A stretch of 64,000 bases of DNA from Candidatus Saccharimonadales bacterium (GTDB lineage: Bacteria; Patescibacteriota; Saccharimonadia; Saccharimonadales; UBA4665), in NCBI GenBank assembly GCA_035546975.1, contig DASZVS010000014.1, positions 124,029 through 188,028 on the forward strand, given 5' to 3'. A model generated the notes under the pieces. That model saw only the letters and a program-made list of their open reading frames with translations, made no database searches and was not told the origin of the DNA. Shown here in pieces: positions 28,094-36,532 of the stretch. Made by a program: the position numbers and the translations under genes. The first letter of the stretch is position 1, and every line of letters begins with the position of its first letter.

Positions 28094-31000
28094 TCAGCTC
28101 TTGTCTTCGGGGTTTTTCGTCTCAGGCGAATAGACCGTACCGGGGCTTGCAGGATGATGGCCCGGAGCTTCGGACGGGGCTGACTGCTGCTCGGAAGAGA
28201 CAATGCGTGACGGCTCAACGGGACGCACGGTAGCAAGGCGGCTATTCCACGGCCGATAGATCAGCAGAGCGCCGCCCAGCAATGCCAGAACTGGTATGAC
28301 AAGCAAGAACGGGTTAACGGCGGCATGCGCCATCGACAGTTTAATATTTTGTAGATCATTACGGTGGGAGGAATTTGCGTCTTTTACATGAATAGTGCGG
28401 GATGTAACTTGGCCGTTGTACTGGACTGAGACGTCGTGCTTGCCCACGGGCACGTTAGTGAAGTAAGCAATGCCTTGCTGGTTGGTCTGCACCGTTTGGT
28501 TGTACAACGTAACTTGGGCGTGATAAGCCGGTCTATGGTGCTTGTCGAAAACAGTAATGGCTACGCGCGGCCTAACCGGCTGCTGGTGACTGCCGCTGCC
28601 AGAGTTGCTTCCACCATTACTACCACTCCCCGAGCCGGCTCCGCCCTGGCTCGAGCCGCCGCCCGAAGAAGAGGAGGAAGAGCTCACATAAGCAGACAGC
28701 GTGCAAGTCTGCCAAAGCTGTCCGGTTTTCCAGCTTGCAGGTAAGTCTGCAAGGTTATTACTACTGGGCGATTGCGAACAACTTCCAGAAGCGGCGTCGC
28801 GGAATTTAACTTTTCCGCCTGTGCCAAGTAAAGCAATCCAATACGTCGCACCCTTTGTAACGTTCGGTTTAGAGCTGAGCGTAATTGCATTCCATGCTGC
28901 AGGCTTAGGCGAATTAATGCTGCCGCTGGCCAATAAAGAACCTGGCTTACCGTTGCTGTCAGAGTAGAGCCCTGCCGTAACTGTGGTGGCGGCTGAACCG
29001 CTGTCCAGATAAAGGCTTATTGTACCGGCTTGGCCAGAGGCCACAGCGGTGTATTTAAATGCTTCCGGGCTGCCTGCTGCATCATTATCCTCTGCCGCCT
29101 GGACGCCATTAGTTCCGAGCAGCAAGTCGTTGCCGCCGCCATTATTACCCGAACCACCGCCTGAGGTGCTGGCCGCCGGCGTCGTTACGCTCACCGTTGC
29201 CGTCTTGTTACTGGCATTACCGGCCTTATCGACTGCACTGACTTGATAGGTATAGGTTGTTGACGGCTGGGCTGATGTGTCAGTGTATGCAGTGGCAGTT
29301 TGCGGAGATTGATTAAGCTGCTGGCCATTCCGATAAACGATATATCCGGCCAAGCCCGAGCCCCCCTTATCAGTTGAGTCGCCCCAACTAAGGTTGACTT
29401 GCGTGGAGCTATTGGCCGTGGCTTTCAGGCCGCCCGGTACTGTCGGAGCGGTTGTATCCTGCGGCGCCGGCGTCGTCGCGCTGGCAGCGGTTGATTGCGA
29501 AGATTTGTTGCCGGCACCATCGACGGCCTCTATCTTATAGCTGTACGTTGTATTTGCGCTAGCCGTGTCATCGCCGTATGTCGTGGTTGTAACCAGGCTT
29601 GAATTTATCTTGGTGCCATTTCGGTAAACGTTATAGCCTGCCAAACCCGAGCCGCCGGCATCCGTACTGGCATTCCAGCTAAGGTTGACTTGCGTGGAGC
29701 TTGCCGCGGTCGCCGAGATACCCGAAGGAGTACTTGGCGGCGTCGTGTCAGGAGTGCCTGTGCCTCCCCCGTTTGAGCCAGCGCAGCCGTTAGTGCCGTC
29801 GATACAGACTGGCTGCAAGTTATCGTCCCAAACATTGCCGCTCCAAGTTGTAGCTTTGCTGAAATAATACTCTGATATGCCATAGTTGCCTGACTTAGGG
29901 TAATAACCGTTGGCATCGGCTCCGCCCTGACAGGTCGTATTGCCGCCATTCGAGTGATAGACCGGAGCTGTTAAGCAGCGTGCCAGATGATTATTGGTGA
30001 TGCTCGTGCTACTGGAGCCCGCGCTTGTGCCATTGCCGCATGGATAGAACGTGAAGCCGCCGCCCGCTACCAGGCTATTTGATACGGTGACATGGTTGGA
30101 GCAAGTGCCGCCAGAGCCGCCATTGACGTTAGCGAAAACGACAGCCGTCTGCCCTACCGGGTTGAAGAATGTTGAGTGGTCCATATTCAATGTACTGTCA
30201 CTCATATATATGTTTTCTACATGATCCGTAGAAATAGCTATCTTAGCGATACCGTACGTATTGGTTACCGTAGCATTACCGACATTATATAAGTTGGAGT
30301 CACAACCATGCAGATAGGAACCGCTGATCTGGACCGTGCCCGAGCTCGTATTACGGATGTCATGCTCACAGGTGATACCAGGCGCGGTCAGTAATTCAAC
30401 GTTCTTGATGACCGTTCCGGTGACGCCTTCATTGATCCGGATTTCTGAATTACCGCAGGTGTTAGTGGCACCACAGCTGCCCGAATTCAAGGTAACGCGC
30501 GTATTTTCGACCGTGACATTATTAGCATCAATCTCTATTGAGCCAGCCACATCCTTGGCATTTATGACCTGTCCTGCCGTTGAGGCCGTGATAGAGCCCG
30601 ACGCGGTCAAAGCCGTGCCAGCCGGGACACCGGTGTTGGTAGGATCAGGATAGCCGCAGGCACTAGGCTTGGAGAAGCAATTCTTAGCTTGGGTACCACC
30701 GGTCGTACCACCGCTACCAGCGCTCGGCGTCGTCACGGATGCTGCCGCAGAATTGGCCGAGACGTTCCCGGCACCGTCGACGGCCTGAATAATATAACTG
30801 TAACTCGTATTGGCAACGGCATTGGTATCTGTGTAGCTAGTGCCGGCTACCTGGGCTATAACTGTTCCGCCGCGTAGGACGTTGTACTTAGCCACACCGG
30901 TAGCATTCGTGCCGCTATCTGTGGAAGCGCTCCAACTGAGATTGACGGTCGTGGCATTGCTAGCCGTGGCTTTAACGTTCGTAGGCGCACTTGGCGGCGT

Positions 31001-33601
31001 AGTATCCGGGTTATTGACGGTAAAGGTCACCGAGCTTGAGGCCGTATTGCCAGCAGCATCGTAGGCTTTAGCGGTAATGCTGTGCGACCCATTACCCAAC
31101 GTTTTACTATCGAATGAATAATTATACGGGCTGGCGGTATCCGTCATGGCTGGCGAGGAAGACTTGTCGACATAAAACTCAACCTTGGAAACACCGACAT
31201 TATCCGATGCGGAAGCAGTAGACGTGACAATCCCGGAAACTGTGCCACCGTTTGCAGGAGCAGTGATCGAGACCGTGGGTTTGGTAGTGTCGGTACCAGA
31301 GCCGCCCGTACCACCGCCGGAGCCAGAGCTACAACTACCGCTACCATCTTGTGTCGGGCATATAGTTTGCGAGTTATTATCCCAGACATTACCTGACCAA
31401 GTCAGTTTGCCTGTATCCGTTGCTAAGCCGTAATGCCCGCCGTATGGCCAGTAGCCGTTGCTGTCAGCTCCGCCCTTACAGACGTAACCCCCGCCGGAAT
31501 CCTGGCTCACAGAGCCCAGGCACCGGCCGACGCGATTATTGGTAATAGTAACTGGGGCGCTCACACCTTTAGAGTCGGGCTGCAACATCCAACCGCCGCC
31601 GGCGAGCAAGCTATTCGTAACAGATACCTGGTTTCCGGAACCGCATATGCCGTCACCGAATATCAGTGAGGTTTCATCGCTCGTATTGTATAGAGTTGAA
31701 TGATTAACGGTAGCCGGCGTGCCGCAAAGATAGATATTTTCACTATGGGCGCCGCTATACTCTGCATCGACAATCATATAAGAATCTTCTACGTCGACCG
31801 GGCCTTCCACATTATCCGGCGAGCCATGAACGTAGGAATTGACGATTTTAAAACCGGCATTACCATAATGATTCCATATGCCGGATTCCGGAGCATTGGT
31901 CTTCGAACCGTTGCCATAGATTTCGGAATTTTCGATTGTGAAGTTAGTGGCACCCTGGTTAAGAACGATCGCCGTGGTTCCGCTACCACCGCTACTGGTG
32001 TGAACTTTGGAATCTTTGAGCGTGACGTTAGGGGCATTGACCACTAGTTCGCCGGTGATGTCTTTGTCTTGTATGACCTGGCCATTAGTCGATGCCGTTA
32101 TTGAACCGGAGGATGCAAGAGTGGTGCCTGCTGGAACACCGGTATTGGTAGCGTCGGGATAGCCGCAGGCACTAGGCTTGGAGAAACAGTTGGAGGTCTG
32201 TGTGCCGCCAGTGGAACCGCCGCCGCTTGCGCTATTATTGACTGTGACCGTAACAGTGGAGGAAGTCGCCGTATTGCCGGCCGCATCGCGGGCAACGGCG
32301 GTAAGCGTATGCGTGCCGTTAGTAGCTTGCGTAGTATCCCAGGTCGTGCTGTATGGGCTCGTAGTGTCCTCGCTGCCCAGGTTAGCGCCGTCAAGCTTGA
32401 ATTGCACGCCGGCTACGCCCGTATCGTCATTAGCATTGGCGGATACGGTCACGCTTCCTGAGACGCTGGCGCTCTTAGCCGGTGCAGTAATTGAGACAGT
32501 AGGTGGGGTGGTATCTACCGGAGGACCGCTAGGGCTGCCATTGCTGCCGCAGCCAGCGCTGCCATCCGCGCACACCGCTTGCAGGTTATTATCCCAAATA
32601 TTGCCCGACCACGTCATACCCTTATCAAAGTAATACGCCGCGATGCCGTAACTGCCATCGCCCGGATAGTAACCATTGGAGTCAGTACCGTTCTTACAGA
32701 GGTGGTGGCCTCCGGAAGCTGAATCAACTTCGGTTGAAAGACAGCGCGCAAGATGATTGCTAGTTATGCTTATGCTGCTGGAGCCGGCGCTGCTGCCATT
32801 TCCGCAAGGATAGAAAGTATAGCCGCCGCCGGCGAGCAGGCTGTTAGTTACCGTAAGGTGGTTTGAACAAGTGCCTCCCTGGCCGCCGTTCACATTGCCG
32901 AAAATAACCGCTGTTTGATCGACGGGATTGTACAAAGTCGAGTGATTTACGGTTACTGTGCTGTCACTGAAATAGATATTCTCGATATGATCATTTGATA
33001 TATCTATTTTTGACAGGCCGTAATCATCGGTAAATGTGGTATTACCGACACTGTAAAGGTTAGAATCGCAGCCGTGCAGATAGGAGCCAATAACTTGGAT
33101 AGTCGACCCGAGGTTGCGAATATCGTGTTCGCAGGTATCGCCGGTAGTGTTCCGCAGCTCAACGTTTTTAATCACTATGCCGCTTAAACCCGGCTGGACT
33201 ATGATTTCATAATTACCGCAGGCATTGGTCGGGCCGCAGGTAGTGTTTGATGTAACCCGTGTGTTTTGGACGGTTACATTATTGGCGGTGATATTAATTA
33301 TGCCGGTGACATCTTTTCCATCGATAACCTGCCCGGCCGTTGAAGCCGTTATAGAGCCGGAAGCAGCAAGCGAAGTTCCGGCCGGAACGCCGGTATTGGT
33401 AGCATCAGGATAGCCGCAGGCACTAGGGATAGCAAAGCAATTTGAATTCTGGGTACTGGTGGCTGCAAAAGAGTTGAAAATAACATATGCGCCGGCCAAA
33501 CCGACGACAATGGCAACGAGCAGTAAAGGCAGTTTCGGGATCCGGCGGCGCTGGCTGAATTTTTCAGGAACCTGGCCGATGACTGGATTATTTTTGTCCA
33601 T
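28094..33601 (-). CDS. giant multidomain cell-surface protein (three beta-helix-like modules, Ig-like and FN3-like domains, C-terminal membrane anchor)
   Basis: 1835-aa ORF. N-terminal hydrophobic signal/anchor, three paralogous modules starting NCFxxPSACGYPDxTNTGVPAGT, PTVSITAP Ig-like domains and FN3-like repeats (VNLSW...AGYxVYRNG...AVDxAGN). S/G linker, a CarboxypepD_reg-like segment, a TM helix (PFLLVIPVLALLGGALLIY) and a Pro-rich tail. Confidence 0.85.
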   Translation of the reverse strand: MDKNNPVIGQVPEKFSQRRRIPKLPLLLVAIVVGLAGAYVIFNSFAATSTQNSNCFAIPSACGYPDATNTGVPAGTSLAASGSITASTAGQVIDGKDVTGIINITANNVTVQNTRVTSNTTCGPTNACGNYEIIVQPGLSGIVIKNVELRNTTGDTCEHDIRNLGSTIQVIGSYLHGCDSNLYSVGNTTFTDDYGLSKIDISNDHIENIYFSDSTVTVNHSTLYNPVDQTAVIFGNVNGGQGGTCSNHLTVTNSLLAGGGYTFYPCGNGSSAGSSSISITSNHLARCLSTEVDSASGGHHLCKNGTDSNGYYPGDGSYGIAAYYFDKGMTWSGNIWDNNLQAVCADGSAGCGSNGSPSGPPVDTTPPTVSITAPAKSASVSGSVTVSANANDDTGVAGVQFKLDGANLGSEDTTSPYSTTWDTTQATNGTHTLTAVARDAAGNTATSSTVTVTVNNSASGGGSTGGTQTSNCFSKPSACGYPDATNTGVPAGTTLASSGSITASTNGQVIQDKDITGELVVNAPNVTLKDSKVHTSSGGSGTTAIVLNQGATNFTIENSEIYGNGSKTNAPESGIWNHYGNAGFKIVNSYVHGSPDNVEGPVDVEDSYMIVDAEYSGAHSENIYLCGTPATVNHSTLYNTSDETSLIFGDGICGSGNQVSVTNSLLAGGGWMLQPDSKGVSAPVTITNNRVGRCLGSVSQDSGGGYVCKGGADSNGYWPYGGHYGLATDTGKLTWSGNVWDNNSQTICPTQDGSGSCSSGSGGGTGGSGTDTTKPTVSITAPANGGTVSGIVTSTASASDNVGVSKVEFYVDKSSSPAMTDTASPYNYSFDSKTLGNGSHSITAKAYDAAGNTASSSVTFTVNNPDTTPPSAPTNVKATASNATTVNLSWSASTDSGTNATGVAKYNVLRGGTVIAQVAGTSYTDTNAVANTSYSYIIQAVDGAGNVSANSAAASVTTPSAGSGGTTGGTQAKNCFSKPSACGYPDPTNTGVPAGTALTASGSITASTAGQVINAKDVAGSIEIDANNVTVENTRVTLNSGSCGATNTCGNSEIRINEGVTGTVIKNVELLTAPGITCEHDIRNTSSGTVQISGSYLHGCDSNLYNVGNATVTNTYGIAKIAISTDHVENIYMSDSTLNMDHSTFFNPVGQTAVVFANVNGGSGGTCSNHVTVSNSLVAGGGFTFYPCGNGTSAGSSSTSITNNHLARCLTAPVYHSNGGNTTCQGGADANGYYPKSGNYGISEYYFSKATTWSGNVWDDNLQPVCIDGTNGCAGSNGGGTGTPDTTPPSTPSGISATAASSTQVNLSWNASTDAGGSGLAGYNVYRNGTKINSSLVTTTTYGDDTASANTTYSYKIEAVDGAGNKSSQSTAASATTPAPQDTTAPTVPGGLKATANSSTQVNLSWGDSTDKGGSGLAGYIVYRNGQQLNQSPQTATAYTDTSAQPSTTYTYQVSAVDKAGNASNKTATVSVTTPAASTSGGGSGNNGGGNDLLLGTNGVQAAEDNDAAGSPEAFKYTAVASGQAGTISLYLDSGSAATTVTAGLYSDSNGKPGSLLASGSINSPKPAAWNAITLSSKPNVTKGATYWIALLGTGGKVKFRDAASGSCSQSPSSNNLADLPASWKTGQLWQTCTLSAYVSSSSSSSGGGSSQGGAGSGSGSNGGSNSGSGSHQQPVRPRVAITVFDKHHRPAYHAQVTLYNQTVQTNQQGIAYFTNVPVGKHDVSVQYNGQVTSRTIHVKDANSSHRNDLQNIKLSMAHAAVNPFLLVIPVLALLGGALLIYRPWNSRLATVRPVEPSRIVSSEQQSAPSEAPGHHPASPGTVYSPETKNPEDKS
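29792..30688 (-). repeat. beta-helix-like module 3 (aa ~972-1270)
   Basis: Close paralogue of module 1 at the protein level. Shares an exact 20-nt DNA core with modules 1 and 2. Confidence 0.7.
31352..32200 (-). repeat. beta-helix-like module 2 (divergent paralogue, aa ~468-750)
   Basis: Same opening motif (NCFSKPSACGYPDATNTGVPAGT) and closing motif (TWSGNVWDNN). The interior is divergent. Confidence 0.65.
32546..33448 (-). repeat. beta-helix-like module 1 of the giant protein (aa ~52-352)
   Basis: Shares TCEHDIRN, GSYLHGCDSNLY, GGTCSNH and FYPCGNG with module 3. Boundaries are approximate. Confidence 0.7.
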
Positions 33602-33604
33602 GGC

Positions 33605-34021
33605 CTATTTCTTTACCACTAATGTTCCATTTATAGTCGGGTGCAGCTGGTCATGATACCCAAAACTGCCGCTTGCGCTAGCCACATAGGTATAATCTTG
33701 GGCATTATTTAAAATTTGTGACTTCAGGCTTGGCAAGTCAGTGCCTTTCGGAAACGGATTCGCCGTTATTTGATGCAGCGTTTGGTCGTCATTAGTCCAT
33801 ACAACTTTTGTTCCGGCCTTGACAGCTAGAGTTGCCGGAACGAAGCCGTTTGGCGTGATCCGCACCGTAGCTACCTGTGAAGATGTTTGTTTGCCGCTAA
33901 TGTGCGATACCAGTACCGTAACCACGACAACCGCAACTACAAAAACTGCGAAACCGCCGGCCACTATTAATACTCTTCGTAATGGGCTCTGTCTTTCTGT
34001 CGGGGTAAGTTTTTCTTCCAT
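33605..34021 (-). CDS. membrane-anchored cupredoxin-like protein lacking the copper-ligand Cys
   Basis: 138 aa. One TM helix, then VRITPNGFVPATLAVKAGTKVVWTNDDQTLHQ...GYHDQLHPTINGTLVV, a plastocyanin/EfeO-like pattern. The protein contains no Cys at all. Its stop is 3 nt before the giant gene ATG. Confidence 0.6.
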   Translation of the reverse strand: MEEKLTPTERQSPLRRVLIVAGGFAVFVVAVVVVTVLVSHISGKQTSSQVATVRITPNGFVPATLAVKAGTKVVWTNDDQTLHQITANPFPKGTDLPSLKSQILNNAQDYTYVASASGSFGYHDQLHPTINGTLVVKK

Positions 34022-34067
34022 CTCTGTAGCGGCTGCCTCTTAAAGCCGTTCCACACTAATCAACCCC

Positions 34068-34096
34068 ATCATAGCTTTTTTATTTAGCGTAAGCAA
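34068..34096 (-). promoter_or_regulatory. promoter candidate for the cupredoxin-like/giant gene operon
   Basis: On the minus strand: TTGCTT (34096-34091), 17-nt spacer, TATGAT (34073-34068), about 45 nt upstream of the ATG at 34021. Confidence 0.4.
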
Positions 34097-34158
34097 GTTA
34101 ATTCTTAGGCATGCTAAAATAGGGGGCAGAAAACCCATGTAACAAAAACGGCATAACC

Positions 34159-34800
34159 ATGCTTTCGTACAATGAAGAGCAGCTTCGCGCATTAGAAATC
34201 CGGCATCTATTCTGGCCCAGGACTTACATATTTTTTATCGAGGCTATAATAGCGGTTGTTTTATTACTGTTATTTAACGTAAGTACGCTTAATGACCAGG
34301 TGTTGAATGCAAATACCGGCGTCGATGCTAGCCCATTCTCTTTATGGGGCAATGTTTTTGATAAGACACTTGGCAACACCCAACATGCCGCCGCCGAGCA
34401 TATTCTGCTTTTTGGATTATGGGCACTGGTAGGCGCCTTACTATACGTACTTATCTTTCGCTTTTTGCAATTCTTTCTTAAGGCCCAGGGTTCGGTGCGC
34501 CAAGGAGCGTCTTTGATTCAGGCCGAACACAGCCAAGGCGCCATGCGCTACCTGGGTTCGCTTCATAATTTTTTTCTGAAGCTCATCGTTATAATCATCG
34601 GGACTATGGCAATACTCACGGGAGCGCTAGTTTGCTTCGGTATTGCAAGCCAGGAGCTCAGCAAGGGGCTAGACCAACCGTTGCCGAACAATTTGCTTTC
34701 TTTTTTGATCAGCTTCCTGGGAGCGCTATTGGCAGTGCGGCTGATTATAATCGGCGGCAGCTTGATCTCCCCCCGTTTCAGAGCCTGGTATAACTCCTAG
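34159..34800 (+). CDS. hypothetical integral membrane protein (about 4 TM helices)
   Basis: 213 aa with long hydrophobic segments. TGCTAAAAT extended -10-like element upstream. Confidence 0.55.
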   Translation: MLSYNEEQLRALEIRHLFWPRTYIFFIEAIIAVVLLLLFNVSTLNDQVLNANTGVDASPFSLWGNVFDKTLGNTQHAAAEHILLFGLWALVGALLYVLIFRFLQFFLKAQGSVRQGASLIQAEHSQGAMRYLGSLHNFFLKLIVIIIGTMAILTGALVCFGIASQELSKGLDQPLPNNLLSFLISFLGALLAVRLIIIGGSLISPRFRAWYNS

Positions 34801-34808
34801 AGGCGCGA

Positions 34809-35132
34809 TTAATGCGTCCATATATAAGCAAACATGGCTATATCGCCAAAAAATACGGCTGCGCTCGTCCAAAAATATACTCCGCCGCGGTTAAGCCAAG
34901 TAAGGCTATTTATGATACTGAGAAATAAACTCAGCAAATAGCTTATATATAGGGCTGCCGTAAATATAAGAACAAGCAGCATCACCCCCAAGCTAACTTG
35001 GCTCATGCGGTCCTGGCCCGCAGTACCGGAAGACCGGTTAGAAACTATGAATATTAGGAAAAGTATAAGGGCTACGCCGAAAGAACTGTACATAACCCTT
35101 ACACTTAGAGGAGCTTGTTTGTAAACCGCCAT
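34809..35132 (-). CDS. hypothetical small membrane protein (3 TM helices)
   Basis: 107 aa, strongly hydrophobic, directly downstream of nusA on the same strand. Confidence 0.5.
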   Translation of the reverse strand: MAVYKQAPLSVRVMYSSFGVALILFLIFIVSNRSSGTAGQDRMSQVSLGVMLLVLIFTAALYISYLLSLFLSIINSLTWLNRGGVYFWTSAAVFFGDIAMFAYIWTH

Positions 35133-35157
35133 ATCCCTTCCTTATAGATAGGATTGG

Positions 35158-36399
35158 TTATTCGCTGGCTGGCGTCTCTTCGCTCGTATTTTCGGCATCT
35201 TCAGCAGGCGTTTCGGCGCCATCATCCTCGCCGTGCTCTTCAATGGCTTCCAGCAAGCTGTTTTCCAGCTCGCTCTTCTTCTTCAATTTCGGCTGCTTTG
35301 GCAATTCGGTAGTGGTGACTGTGCCCTCGGCATCGTCGTTAGTGTTTTCAGCCGCCTCGCCCTTTTCAGCCTCGATGTCCAGTTCATAGCCGGTTAGCTT
35401 ACTCGCCAGGCGGACATTTTGGCCGCTCTTGCCGATAGCAATACTCAACTGGTCTTCGGGGACGATCACTTTGGCTTTCTTATTTTTCTCATCAATTTCA
35501 ACGCGTGAAACTTTGGTAGGGCTCAAGGCGTTTGTGATGTATTCAACCGAATCTTCGCTCCAAACAATGATGTCGATTTTTTCCTGTTCGCCGACTTCGC
35601 TCGTTACAGCATTGACGCGCGTGCCATGTCCGCCCACAAAGGTGCCGACGGGATCCACGCCCGGCACACTGGAGGCCACGGCAATCTTGCTGCGCACGCC
35701 GGCTTCGCGGGCTATATCTTTAATTTCTACGGCGCCGCTTTCCATCTCGGGCACTTCGCCGCGGAATAGCCACTCGATAAACTGAGTGTTGCCGCGTGAA
35801 ACGACTAGTTGCGGGCCGCGGTAACTACGCTCTACGTCTTTTAGGAAAACTTTGAGGCGCTGGCCGGGGTAGTAGCGTTCGCCCTGGATCTGCTCGCTGC
35901 GCGGCATAATGCCCTGCGCCTTGCCGAGGTCGATCCGGACAATATTACCTTCTACGCGGGCCACCGTTGCGTTAATGACCGTGCCGATCTTGTCCTGGTA
36001 TTCATTCATGACGATCTCGCGCTCAGCTTCGCGTAGCCGCTGTAAAATGACCTGCTTGGCTGTCTGGGCGGCCACGCGGCCGAATTCCTCGGCTTTTTCA
36101 TGCACTTCAACGGTCTCGCCGATTGCCGCATTCTTACGCATGACCTGCGCATCCTTCAAGCTGATTTGCTCGGCCGGCCGCTCGGCATTCTCAACGATTT
36201 CTTTAGATACGTATACGTCGATATCTCCGGTGTTAAGATTCATGCTGACGCGGATTTCCTGCTCGCGGTCGCCATAATCGCGGCGATAGGCGGCAGCCAA
36301 AGCCTGCTCGACAACTTCCTTAACCGAGTCTTCCGGCAAGTTTTTTTCTTCGGCGATGGTGCGGATGGCCAGCGCCAATTGTTTCATGTCTAAATCCAT
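35158..36399 (-). CDS. nusA: transcription termination/antitermination factor NusA with acidic C-terminal tail
   Basis: 413 aa. N-terminal domain, S1 (TVINATVARVEGNIVRIDLG) and two KH domains (GVDPVGTFVGGHGTRV, AIGKSGQNVRLAS). SD AAGGAAAGGA. Confidence 0.93.
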   Translation of the reverse strand: MDLDMKQLALAIRTIAEEKNLPEDSVKEVVEQALAAAYRRDYGDREQEIRVSMNLNTGDIDVYVSKEIVENAERPAEQISLKDAQVMRKNAAIGETVEVHEKAEEFGRVAAQTAKQVILQRLREAEREIVMNEYQDKIGTVINATVARVEGNIVRIDLGKAQGIMPRSEQIQGERYYPGQRLKVFLKDVERSYRGPQLVVSRGNTQFIEWLFRGEVPEMESGAVEIKDIAREAGVRSKIAVASSVPGVDPVGTFVGGHGTRVNAVTSEVGEQEKIDIIVWSEDSVEYITNALSPTKVSRVEIDEKNKKAKVIVPEDQLSIAIGKSGQNVRLASKLTGYELDIEAEKGEAAENTNDDAEGTVTTTELPKQPKLKKKSELENSLLEAIEEHGEDDGAETPAEDAENTSEETPASE

Positions 36400-36444
36400 G
36401 TAATTTCCTTTCCTTAGTTAATTTCCAGATTGTCTCTCGATATT

Positions 36445-36465
36445 AAAAAAGCCGACCACTTCGGC
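36445..36465 (-). terminator. hairpin plus U-tract in the nusA leader (possible attenuator)
   Basis: Minus-strand RNA: GCCGA-AGUGG-UCGGC followed by UUUUUU. It sits between the predicted promoter (36508-36480) and the nusA ATG (36399). Confidence 0.4.
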
Positions 36466-36479
36466 CGGACTATGAGTAC

Positions 36480-36508
36480 AGTATACTTCAGCGGGCTTCT
36501 ACCGTCAA
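36480..36508 (-). promoter_or_regulatory. nusA promoter candidate
   Basis: On the minus strand: TTGACG (36508-36503), 17-nt spacer, TATACT (36485-36480). Confidence 0.5.
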
Positions 36509-36517
36509 ATAACAGCG

Positions 36518-36526
36518 TGCTACACT
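36518..36526 (+). promoter_or_regulatory. extended -10 (TGCTACACT) 6 nt upstream of the pepN ATG
   Basis: TG at 36518-36519, TACACT at 36521-36526, ATG at 36533. No room for an SD. Confidence 0.45.
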
Positions 36527-36532
36527 GGATAG

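Noticed and set aside
27952-28236. 94-aa minus-strand ORF spanning the giant gene 3' end and the intergenic region.
   Set aside because: It overlaps the giant gene in another frame and has no SD. Its Arg/Ser/Leu-rich composition is typical of an out-of-frame reading.
28590-28690. Low-complexity GGC/AGC-rich DNA, considered as a tandem repeat or CRISPR-like array.
   Set aside because: It encodes the Ser/Gly linker of the giant protein (SSSSSSGGGSSQGGAGSGSGSNGGSNSGSGS). There is no regular repeat-spacer periodicity.
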